Virus record (IMG/VR): IMGVR_UViG_3300029368_000161
From: a virus
DNA: 64,000 nucleotides
Reading direction: 5' to 3' (one strand)
The notes beneath the pieces are model-generated. The model ran no database searches. It saw nothing but the letters and a program-made list of their open reading frames with translations, and was not told where the DNA came from. Numbering within the stretch: the stretch's first letter is position 1; each line of letters starts with the position of its first letter. Shown here in pieces: positions 45,291 to 54,096 of this stretch. The position numbers and the translations under genes were made by a program.

Positions 45291-46058
45291 AGCTACGCCC
45301 CATGGAGGGGCGTATGGATTGAAAATACCGCAACAATTAAAGGCAATGAAAATCTTGTACGCTACGCCCCATGGAGGGGCGTATGGATTGAAAATGATTG
45401 TTATTGTTTTTTATTCATGGAGAGGAAAGCTACGCCCCATGGAGGGGCGTATGGATTGAAAAGTAAGGTTTCGTCTCGAAGCCTTTATTCTGTTTTGCTG
45501 CGCCCCATGGAGGGGCGTATGGATTGAAATACCAAAATCTTTTGACATTCTTATAAATGGTAACAGCTACGTCTTATGGGGTACGTATGGATTGAAATCA
45601 TAATAATTGTAGAGATCTCAATACAAAATAAAGCTGCGTCTCATGGAATACGTATGGATTGAAATGAAAAGGCGAGTTTGCGAAAGCAGATATTGGAATG
45701 TTGCGTCTCGTGGAGTACGTATGGATTGAAATTCCAACTTTAACTACATAACTATCCTGATAAACTTGCTGCACCCCATGGAGAGTGTATGGATTGAAAT
45801 TTAAAAAATCATGGATAACATCTGCGATAAGACGTTGCACCTCGCTAGGGGTGTATGGGTTGAAATTTCCATAATCGGTAGCCAATTATTATCATTAGGT
45901 GTTGCACCCCATAGAGGGTGTATGGATTGAAATTATATAAAAATGATGAATATGTAAAAAAAATAAAAGAGTTACGCTCCATGGAGTGCGTATGGCTTGA
46001 AACCTCTTATTTTTTTAAAGATATCACAATTACGCCCAAAGTGGGCTTACGTAAATTT
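45291..46058 (+). CRISPR. Type I-C CRISPR array: 11 repeats (33-34 nt, consensus GYTRCRCCCCATGGAGRGKGTATGGATTGAAAT) plus a terminal degenerate repeat; 10-11 spacers of 26-38 nt
   Basis: The repeat end GGATTGAAAT/C and internal hairpin match canonical I-C repeats. The leader side is adjacent to cas7c. Repeats degenerate toward the distal end (ttacgctccatggagtgcgtatggcttgaaac, then ttacgcccaaagtgggcttacgtaaatt, which runs into the RBS of the 46073 gene). Spacers are listed in the findings. Confidence 0.85.
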
Positions 46059-46072
46059 AAAGGAGAAAAGTA

Positions 46073-46721
46073 CATGTCAAAAACAAAAGGAATATCAAAA
46101 AAGAAAGATATATTAAAGGTATTTTGGAATGAGTGTGCAGTATTTAAGGTAGTTGTTTGTATTCTTGCGTATGTGATACTCGGCTTTATCAATATACCAA
46201 TTAACAGGTGGCTTACATTTCATGTACCTAAATGGTCAGATGGGAAACTACATGATATAACAGGATCATTTTTTGTTCTTCCTATCCTTGAAGTATTAGC
46301 GGTCACTTTAATTTATCTTATCGCTAATGGATGCTTTTATTTCATCAGCAAGATGATCGCGTACAGGAATTACTGTTACATTCCGCTTACGGAAGATGAA
46401 ATTAAAGGAAAGAAATTTAAGAATGCAAATGAGTATTTTTCCTATGTCCTCAATGTCCTTTCCTATGGTTTTAAGAATGAAAAAGAAAATCTCCAGGTTA
46501 GTGATGATGATCTTCGAGAAATGCTTATAACTTGTCTGATTGTATTCCCTGATAATGGGACAATATTTCAGATAAAACCAGAAACTGCGTGGAATGTTTC
46601 AGACGACATCCTTTTCTCCGAAGCCGTTGAATTGAATTGCGGAAAAGCAGAAATAATTGATAAGCATGTTGTATTGTCTGGTGATAATAGAAACGGCAAA
46701 AGAGAAGAATATACAGTGTGA
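46073..46721 (+). CDS. array-associated membrane protein, paralog family 2
   Basis: MSKTKGISKKKDILKVFWNECAVFKVVVCILAYVILGFINIPINRWLTFHVPKW... has 2 TM segments. Its RBS AAAGGAGAAAAGTAC-ATG lies inside or just after the terminal degenerate repeat. Confidence 0.6.
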
Positions 46722-46772
46722 AAGTTGATAGGTCCTCATTCGAATTTTTTATCAAATTATGGAGGAATGGCA

Positions 46773-47297
46773 ATGGAAACAATAAGAGATTACGAAGCAA
46801 TGGTATACGTACTTGAACATAACCGGAAAAGTGCCGGAACAGGTGAAAATATCAGTTGGAAGAAAATATCATATGAAAAGTTAAGTAAAGAGATGAAAAG
46901 CTATACCGGACGGATTAAGCGTATGCTTGGAGAACTTATATTAAACGGACGGATAGAGATTAAAACAGAACGTCCTTTTGTTTACCGTGTTCTTATTAAA
47001 TCCGTGTTTACAGAAGAAGAATTTAAGGAATACCAGGATACCCGTCTTCTTGGAAAATTCCATGACTCATTATCAAAATTAACTGATACTGTGGAAACTG
47101 CTTCCGAAACAGTACAAGCTGTTTGGCGTCCAAGTGAAGCTATGCAGAAACGCCAGACGGGTGCGGGGAATACGTTTGTGTATAGCAAAGGGAATTCTTT
47201 AAGCGTGCATGAGAGTTTTGAACGGTCAAAACAGAACCGGGAATACCGGCCGGCAGGAGAAAAGGCAGGAAAGAGAAAAGCTGTAACGATATGGTAA
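46773..47297 (+). CDS. hypothetical protein (about 174 aa)
   Basis: GGAGGAATGGCA-ATG start. Confidence 0.5.
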   Translation: METIRDYEAMVYVLEHNRKSAGTGENISWKKISYEKLSKEMKSYTGRIKRMLGELILNGRIEIKTERPFVYRVLIKSVFTEEEFKEYQDTRLLGKFHDSLSKLTDTVETASETVQAVWRPSEAMQKRQTGAGNTFVYSKGNSLSVHESFERSKQNREYRPAGEKAGKRKAVTIW

Positions 47298-47325
47298 TTA
47301 AAAAGTAGGAAGGAAGTGAAGCGGA

Positions 47326-47790
47326 ATGTATGGTCTTATTATTAAGAAAAAATGGTTGGATTTAATCATGAGCGGGCAGAAGACTCTGGAGATCCGCGGA
47401 AGCAGGACTTCCCATGCAGGAGAAGAGATTGCGCTTCTCGAAAGCGGATCACAGAAGATCCGTGGTTTTTGTACGATTAAAGAAGTAACGGCCTTGGATA
47501 AAGGAAAATGGGAAGCACACAGGGATCGCCATTGCGTGGATGTGCCGTGGGAAAATCTTATTAAACGATATAAGACGCCATATGCGTGGCACTTATCTTC
47601 AATCACACCAACGGAGGAACTTACATATGAGCATCCAAAGGGTGCCGTGATCTGGGTTAACCTGGATCATGTTCCTGTATTTAAAAAAATGAACAATAAA
47701 GGAAGAAATTGTCATGAACAAATCAAGGGAACCAGCTTGCACAAATATTTCATCTCGGGAGGGTTCTATGGAAAATATCATAACTTATAA
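47326..47790 (+). CDS. ASCH-domain protein
   Basis: N-terminus MYGLIIKKKWLDLIMSGQKTLEIRGSRTS... is typical of ASCH/PUA-like (KxWxxxIxxGxKTxExR). The 3' end overlaps the next ORF, so the stop assignment is uncertain. Confidence 0.6.
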   Translation: MYGLIIKKKWLDLIMSGQKTLEIRGSRTSHAGEEIALLESGSQKIRGFCTIKEVTALDKGKWEAHRDRHCVDVPWENLIKRYKTPYAWHLSSITPTEELTYEHPKGAVIWVNLDHVPVFKKMNNKGRNCHEQIKGTSLHKYFISGGFYGKYHNL

Positions 47791-48172
47791 AACGACAAAC
47801 TTATTTTCAACACCAGATCTGGTTTCTCTTTTCACATCTGTTGGATGGGTTAATGAAAGTGCAGAATATCCTAATCGATTGGAAAATGCAATGTATCATT
47901 CAGATATTGTTTTTAGCGCATGGGACGGAGATAAGCTTGTTGGTTTATTAAGTACCATAAGTGATACAATGCATGTTTATATAACATATCTTCTAGTCGA
48001 TCCATCTTATCAAAATAGAAAGATAGGTACTAAATTGTTAAATATGTTTGAAAAACATTATGTTAATTACAAAAAAGAACTTAAAACGGAGAAAGCATCA
48101 GATTATTATAAACGCTTTGGGTGGCATTCGGATTCTGTGGGGATGGTTAAGAATGATCTTCCCCCTTTATGA
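47714..48172 (+). CDS. GNAT-family N-acetyltransferase
   Basis: Motif A VDPSYQNRKIGTKLL (Q/R-x-x-G-x-G/A). The alternative start at 47768 (MENIITYK) is equally plausible. Confidence 0.6.
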   Translation: MNKSREPACTNISSREGSMENIITYKTTNLFSTPDLVSLFTSVGWVNESAEYPNRLENAMYHSDIVFSAWDGDKLVGLLSTISDTMHVYITYLLVDPSYQNRKIGTKLLNMFEKHYVNYKKELKTEKASDYYKRFGWHSDSVGMVKNDLPPL

Positions 48173-48327
48173 TTATTGATTCTTAACAAATGCACCAATT
48201 GCGAAGTAGAAGGAGACGCAAATGTCATATATGAGTGAGTGGATTTATTCCGAAGAAGATGCATATTTTATTATTTTAGCAGTTGCTGATATTGTAACAG
48301 GGATTTCAACACTTGGAGGTTTTAACC

Positions 48328-48753
48328 ATGAATAACGTTGTATTGATAATTATAGCTATTGCCACAACATTTGTAATTGATAAAGTATTTGATGATGTTC
48401 TAAGTCCTGCTGCAAAGTTTATTGTGACATTGTTGACGATATTGTTTTTCGTTTTTATTTATGTTTTTGGACAGTATGCAGCGGGTTCTGCCACTGCTGA
48501 ACTACACAAATTTGTAGAACAACTTGATACGGAACAGCAGAATCAGGTAGTTGAGACAGAAAAACAAGCTAATCCAAAAAAGCAAACAAGAAAAGAGCAG
48601 GAAGAGAAATTACATAAACTTGCCGCATCTGGTAAAGCGAAGATTGTAATAGATGGTGAACCGACAAGTGATGAGTTTGATATTGATGGCATTAAATTAA
48701 AAGATTATGATATCAAATTTAAGAATGGAAAAGTCTATTTGATATCAAAATAG
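48328..48753 (+). CDS. hypothetical membrane protein; C-terminal DIDGIKLKDYDIKFKNGKVYLISK module shared with the 57940 product
   Basis: N-terminal TM segments. CTTGGAGGTTTTAACC-ATG start. Confidence 0.5.
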   Translation: MNNVVLIIIAIATTFVIDKVFDDVLSPAAKFIVTLLTILFFVFIYVFGQYAAGSATAELHKFVEQLDTEQQNQVVETEKQANPKKQTRKEQEEKLHKLAASGKAKIVIDGEPTSDEFDIDGIKLKDYDIKFKNGKVYLISK

Positions 48754-48990
48754 GAAGCTATTACTATGTATTTCATTACTCTTATCTAAGTTTTGTTAGA
48801 ATTAAAGAGGTTTGTCATGCTTATTGTTTTGAGCGTCATTATAGTATTTATGGGTAATTCAGAATGGGTATCCTGCAAGAATTGTAATAGAAAAATCTGA
48901 GGCTATTAATTCATTATTCTTTCCTAAAAATACAGAAGCCAAAGATTAGATTATTCTTGCAAAAATGCATTTAAGGAGGAACAAATTTTA

Positions 48991-49479
48991 ATGAATACGT
49001 TGGAAAATTTAGAAATGGTATTGTTTGACTTTGATGATACGCTGTGTATACATAGTCATCGCTCAGATTCTTATGAGGAACTGATGGAATATTTGTCATA
49101 TATTCATTCAGGTGAAACATTTCCAAAATCATGGAATAAATCAAAACCGAATTTGCAGTTAAAGAAATTCATGGATTATCTTGCTTATAAGAATATCCCT
49201 ATGGGTTTAATTAGCGGAGTGCGTGATTGTAAGACTGCGGAAAGAAAGATCAAATGGGTTAAAGAAAATTACGGTTACTTACTGGAAAATTACTGTGTAT
49301 CCAGTCAGGAACAGAAGATTATTGAACTTAAGGTCCTTGCAAAGGTTAACAGGCTTCATGAAAACCAGATTGCTATTATCGACGATTTATATCCCAATCT
49401 TGAAAAAGCAGAAAGTGAAGGTTTCGTTGCTCTTTCCCCAATGCAGGTTGTCAATTTATTTAATGAAATATCTAAATAG
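48991..49479 (+). CDS. HAD-superfamily hydrolase-like protein (DxDxT)
   Basis: MVLFDFDDTLCIHS is HAD motif I. Paralogous to the N-terminal half of the 49669 product (about 60% identical). Confidence 0.55.
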   Translation: MNTLENLEMVLFDFDDTLCIHSHRSDSYEELMEYLSYIHSGETFPKSWNKSKPNLQLKKFMDYLAYKNIPMGLISGVRDCKTAERKIKWVKENYGYLLENYCVSSQEQKIIELKVLAKVNRLHENQIAIIDDLYPNLEKAESEGFVALSPMQVVNLFNEISK

Positions 49480-49668
49480 AGACCTACTGATACTGCCGAG
49501 ATTGCACAAGATTACGATTTTCCATTGCAGGATATGTGAGAGATAATTTGTTGAATTAGAGGTGATTATATTGGATTTATTTGGAAGAGATTTATGGACC
49601 CAAGCAGATGAAGATTTTTTAGGTAGAAAGTGTTATTTGTTGCAAAGTACGGTTGGAAGGGGATTTTA

Positions 49669-50664
49669 ATGAATAAGTTGGAAAATTTAAAAATGGTGCT
49701 GTTTGACTTTGATGATACATTGGCTGTGCATAGTCAAGGACATCGCATAAGCGATCATCTGATGAAATATATGATAAACGTGCATTCTGGAAGTAAAGAA
49801 TTATGGAATACCTCGAAACCGAATTTACAATTAAAGAAATTCATGGATTATCTCGCCTGTAAGAACATTTCTATGGGATTGATTAGTGGAGTACATGATT
49901 GTAAAGCCGCGGAAAGAAAAATCGAATGGGTCAAAGAAAACTATGGGTATTCATTAGAGAATTATTGTGTATCCAGTCAAGAACAGAAGATGATTGAATT
50001 ATCAACCATTGCAGAGGTTAATGGATTTCATGAAAGCCAGATTGCTCTTGTTGATGACTACTATGAAAATCTCGGAAATGCTGAAAAAATGGGATTTACA
50101 ACATTTTCTCCTATGGAAATTGTTAATTTGGTTAATTGCTTTCAAAATACAGATTTGGAAAAAATGTTGATCAGCCCTGATCCTGGGTGGGGGATAAATT
50201 TACGAAATAAATACATATTCTGGGATATAGACGGCACTTTAGCGGAATACCGGTTTAACGGGCATGTTTCAGATCCGGAAGGTACTGATAACGGTATGAG
50301 TTTAAAAGAAATTGAGGATGGGGTTTTTCTCAAGAGAAAACCATCTTATCATATGCAGATGGTATTGTCTACATGTGGCGCGAAGCAGAACATTGTAATG
50401 GGGCACTGCCAGGTACAGAAAGAAATGGATGATAAACAGCTCTGGCTGGACAAGTATTATCCAAGTATCACAGAACGTTTACTTGTGTCGGAAGATAAAT
50501 CGAAAGCAGATACCATTTTGCAATACTGTAAGGATCATGATATTAGCTTGCAAGATGTGGTATTTGTTGATGACACGATTCCATTTCTCCGCGAAGCAGA
50601 GCGAAAAGGGATTAAATCATTTCATATCAGCAGTTTTTTGGATTGGGATTTCGAAAGGAGGTAA
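49669..50664 (+). CDS. tandem-duplicated HAD-like hydrolase
   Basis: First half has MVLFDFDDTLAVHS. Second half has a second DxDxT (IFWDIDGTLAEY) and ...VVFVDDTIPFL. Confidence 0.55.
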   Translation: MNKLENLKMVLFDFDDTLAVHSQGHRISDHLMKYMINVHSGSKELWNTSKPNLQLKKFMDYLACKNISMGLISGVHDCKAAERKIEWVKENYGYSLENYCVSSQEQKMIELSTIAEVNGFHESQIALVDDYYENLGNAEKMGFTTFSPMEIVNLVNCFQNTDLEKMLISPDPGWGINLRNKYIFWDIDGTLAEYRFNGHVSDPEGTDNGMSLKEIEDGVFLKRKPSYHMQMVLSTCGAKQNIVMGHCQVQKEMDDKQLWLDKYYPSITERLLVSEDKSKADTILQYCKDHDISLQDVVFVDDTIPFLREAERKGIKSFHISSFLDWDFERR

Positions 50665-50668
50665 CATA

Positions 50669-51736
50669 ATGGATTTATGTATTGACTACAACTTGTTGTT
50701 TGCAGAATTAAAGAAACATGGTTTCTGCCTTGGTTTTTCAACAATTGAGAATGTTGCGCTTTCAAAGGATCAGGTGGATTACTGGCATCGTGGCAATTTC
50801 ATTTGTTGTGTAAAATCAAAGGGATTAATTGCAACTTATGTATGCTTTATTACTGGTGATGAATTGAAAGATGAATTCTCTACTTATAAGAGTGTTCATG
50901 AGTATTTGAATTTCACAGATACTATAGAAGCTCAGCGGAGACCATCAATCATTAAAGCATTTGAAAACGTTTTATTTGCCAGTTATTCTGATGCAGTTGC
51001 TAAATATAATCAGATGCTTGCTGTTTTTCCAAAATTTACACCAGCATTTAAAGAATTGTTTGCAGAAGAAATGGATGCTCTTGCAGTATCTAATACGTCA
51101 ATTCAGGTTAAACCTGATTTGTCTAAAATTTATATAAATAAAGAGCATGAATATTGTTACATCTCAGCTGTTACACCGGATAGTGTTTGTGTTAACCGGC
51201 TCACCGCTGTATCTTTTGAAAAAGAGCTGGATTATCGTGAATTGCAGCAATACACTGCCGTTCCAGAAGTTTTTGACGAATTACGTTCACTTCTGTTAAC
51301 AGTATTACACGGTCTTTCTTCTGTTATCAAGATAAATAATCTGCCTGAAGATAACAGTGTTTCTTTGAAATATTATAATGAAACCGATGAATTCCGTGAT
51401 ACAAGATATACTGCAGTTGGTCAAAATTTCGAATTGATACTTATCAATATGCTTGGTGCTTCCTGTTATTTGAGTGATAAGTCTCGTACACATGATTCAG
51501 ATAATAAGTGTCACGCATACGATATTGCTGATGTTTTTTCAGCAAATGCTAAAGCCAAACGTATTCATGATTTTCTTGTAAAACTCATGAAAGAGTTTGC
51601 GCCTATTTTAGCAGGTGACCTGGCATTGCGGAAGCAGCTTTTCGATTATTTGTATACACTTGAGGATGGTGATAATTCCGTTAATGCGCAGCAACCAGGG
51701 TTGCCAGATAATACGGATTCTTTGCCTCATAAATAG
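50669..51736 (+). CDS. hypothetical protein (about 355 aa)
   Basis: GGAAAGGAGGTAACATA-ATG start (the track ORF starts at 50429). Confidence 0.5.
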   Translation: MDLCIDYNLLFAELKKHGFCLGFSTIENVALSKDQVDYWHRGNFICCVKSKGLIATYVCFITGDELKDEFSTYKSVHEYLNFTDTIEAQRRPSIIKAFENVLFASYSDAVAKYNQMLAVFPKFTPAFKELFAEEMDALAVSNTSIQVKPDLSKIYINKEHEYCYISAVTPDSVCVNRLTAVSFEKELDYRELQQYTAVPEVFDELRSLLLTVLHGLSSVIKINNLPEDNSVSLKYYNETDEFRDTRYTAVGQNFELILINMLGASCYLSDKSRTHDSDNKCHAYDIADVFSANAKAKRIHDFLVKLMKEFAPILAGDLALRKQLFDYLYTLEDGDNSVNAQQPGLPDNTDSLPHK

Positions 51737-51764
51737 GAAGAAAAAGGAGGAAAATAATTGCGAT

Positions 51765-52547
51765 ATGTATACTAAAATATATGCTATTTTTACGACAGTG
51801 GTTAAATATTTTATTCTGGCGTGTGGTATATCCTTATTACTATTTTTCTTTTATGATAATGAATTAGAACCAACAAAAGACAATATTAAATGTGTAGTTA
51901 GCATAATATATATGAATTTATTAACTGCAGTAGTAATTACATATTTATTTAAAAAATTAATTGGTAGTATTAAGGAAGACGTTGTAAATGCAAAGCCGTA
52001 TGGAAAAGCGCAAATAGGAAATAAAGAAAAAACGTATGAGAATATAAGAGAAATGATTACTGTTCACGAAGCAGGTCATGCAGTAATGTCTTATTTAAAA
52101 AATGCAGATACAATTATTGTGAATGCTTCTCTTTGCGAACCCAATGTAGTATCGGGATATGATAGCGTAGTAAATGCAGAAGTTGTGAAAAGCATGATAC
52201 TTATTAAATACGCAGGAGCAATAGCAGAAGAATTAATATTTGGACATTATGATGCAGGTTCTTTTCTCGGATCTAATTCAGATTTTAAAAATGCGACGGA
52301 ATTAATTAAGGGCTACATTACTATGATTGATCCAGAACGGAGCAAAACACTATTAGATGACGAACTGAAAGATCAACTTATAGATATATCAAAAACTTTT
52401 TATCAAGAATGCAAAGAATTACTTAGCTGTAATATAAAATTAGTTGAACATTTATCTAATGTATTGACATACAAAGAAAGATTAACCACAGAAGAAGTAC
52501 TTGAGATAATAAATGCTTTCAAGGAGAGCAAAGAAATAAATACTTAA
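51765..52547 (+). CDS. membrane-anchored M41 (FtsH-like) zinc peptidase domain protein lacking an AAA module
   Basis: Two N-terminal TM segments followed by ITVHEAGHAVMSY (HEXXH as in FtsH TAYHEAGHA) ...IKYAGAIAEELIFG. Confidence 0.6.
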   Translation: MYTKIYAIFTTVVKYFILACGISLLLFFFYDNELEPTKDNIKCVVSIIYMNLLTAVVITYLFKKLIGSIKEDVVNAKPYGKAQIGNKEKTYENIREMITVHEAGHAVMSYLKNADTIIVNASLCEPNVVSGYDSVVNAEVVKSMILIKYAGAIAEELIFGHYDAGSFLGSNSDFKNATELIKGYITMIDPERSKTLLDDELKDQLIDISKTFYQECKELLSCNIKLVEHLSNVLTYKERLTTEEVLEIINAFKESKEINT

Positions 52548-52707
52548 ATTTTTATCATTTCCGGATGTCACGATTATCTGCAATGATTGCCACGGCAGAG
52601 GCTTTGCGGTTGTTGCAGAGAGTATTCGTGAACTGTCCGACAATATAAAGCAGCTGATTGAACAGAACAATAAGGATTGAAGATGATATTCTGTATTTAA
52701 TGTCAAA

Positions 52708-52908
52708 GTGAAAGGAGAATTGTATATGGTTGTTATTATTGGAGCAATAATTGTTTTTTGCCTTTTCATGGGAGTTATTCTTATAATTTCCGGATGTCAC
52801 GATTATAACGAAGCAAACAGAGGAATGGAGATTGGCATTGGTATTTCTCTTATCCTCGCCCCAATTGTTGTTACGTTGACATATCTGGCTTTTGGAGGTG
52901 TGTTGTAA
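52708..52908 (+). CDS. small membrane protein (66 aa, 2 TM)
   Basis: RBS AAAGGAGAATTGTAT-ATG. Confidence 0.4.
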   Translation: MKGELYMVVIIGAIIVFCLFMGVILIISGCHDYNEANRGMEIGIGISLILAPIVVTLTYLAFGGVL

Positions 52909-53029
52909 TTTCTTGCGGAGCAGAGCAGAGGAAGGCTCACCGGGCTCATGACCTGGGTGTCGGATGTTCGATTCCTTTCTCCGCAATTAATTTTAAAAAA
53001 GGGAGGTTATAACATGTTCTAACTGATTA

Positions 53030-53100
53030 GAAAACATAAACAAGCATTCGTTCAAAAGAAAGATTCGTATGTGAAAAAAGGATGGGAGGAAAAGAAAATC
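53030..53100 (+). promoter_or_regulatory. Type-C leader with ATG-TGA start-stop mini-ORF, upstream of the AAA ATPase gene
   Basis: gaaaacataaacaagcattcgttcaaaagaaagattcgtATGTGAaaaaaggatgggaggaaaagaaaatcATG. Paralogous to the leader of the 13234 gene, where the ATG instead opens an 81-codon ORF. Confidence 0.4.
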
Positions 53101-54066
53101 ATGGGAATGGATGTAAACATGCTTGCCTGCGTGCGGGCACTTGCAGAAAACAGAATACAGGATGCGAAGAAATACGCGGTCTGCTGTTGTGCCAATGACA
53201 ATACGAAGAAAAATGAGAGCCAAGTCAGAAGATGTAAAAATCTTCTGCTCAACGGTCCAAATATGATCGAGCTGCCAGCAAATCTTAACGGGCTCCTACG
53301 TATGGAAGATGTGTCCAGCTTTCATGCCGAGCGGTACTACCTTGGGAAAACCCAGTGGGATCTTTTTGAAAAGATTAAACGTGGTGTGGCGGTCACGCTT
53401 AAATTAATGGAGTATGGGATTCCCTACAAAAACAGCACCCTCATATACGGCGTGCCCGGCACTGGGAAAACGGAGTTTGCCAGATATGTGGCGTATTCCC
53501 TGGGTATTCCTTATGCATATATTAATTTTTCCTTCCTGATCGACTCATTCATGGGGAATACATCGAAGAATATCCAGCGTGTGTTTGATTTCTGCAAAGG
53601 GCAGAAATGTGTCCTGATGCTTGATGAGATCGACTGTATCGGATTAAAGCGCGGCATAGGAGGAAATGGGGGACCAGATGGGGAAATATCAAGAACGACC
53701 ATTTCTCTTATGCAGGCATTGGACGATCTGACAGACGGGCAGATCATCATTGCTGCCACGAACCGGTACGACCTGCTTGATCCCGCTTTGTCCAGACGGT
53801 TCCAGAACCATGTGGAATTCCGTCCATTCAATTTTGAAGAAAACAGGGAGATGATGGAAAAATTCCTGGCGGCAGTGGACGAGTCTTTGCTGAGTGTTAT
53901 GGAAATTGTAACGTATGCAAGAGAAAACCATACGCAGGCAGAGGTAACCGGGCATCTCATTGAAGTACTGACGCGCAAGGTATCGCAGGAAGTGGATGTG
54001 GAAGCGGCGCTGGAAGCACTAAAAAGTGGGAATGGAAGAACAGATGACTGGGAAAAGCTTTTCTAA
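53101..54066 (+). CDS. AAA+ ATPase (FtsH/Cdc48-type AAA core)
   Basis: Walker A GVPGTGKTEFA, Walker B VLMLDEIDCIG, sensor-1 IIIAATN, arginine finger region DPALSRRF. Confidence 0.75.
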   Translation: MGMDVNMLACVRALAENRIQDAKKYAVCCCANDNTKKNESQVRRCKNLLLNGPNMIELPANLNGLLRMEDVSSFHAERYYLGKTQWDLFEKIKRGVAVTLKLMEYGIPYKNSTLIYGVPGTGKTEFARYVAYSLGIPYAYINFSFLIDSFMGNTSKNIQRVFDFCKGQKCVLMLDEIDCIGLKRGIGGNGGPDGEISRTTISLMQALDDLTDGQIIIAATNRYDLLDPALSRRFQNHVEFRPFNFEENREMMEKFLAAVDESLLSVMEIVTYARENHTQAEVTGHLIEVLTRKVSQEVDVEAALEALKSGNGRTDDWEKLF

Positions 54067-54096
54067 CCGGTATTAATGGCAATAAGGAGGAAAATC

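Noticed and set aside
45531-45566. Spacer 4 as merely an internal array promoter instead of a spacer
   Set aside because: It contains a perfect TTGACA but no convincing -10 at a 16-18-nt spacing. It is flanked by intact repeats with spacer-like length (36 nt). It is kept as a spacer, but the alternative is noted in the finding.
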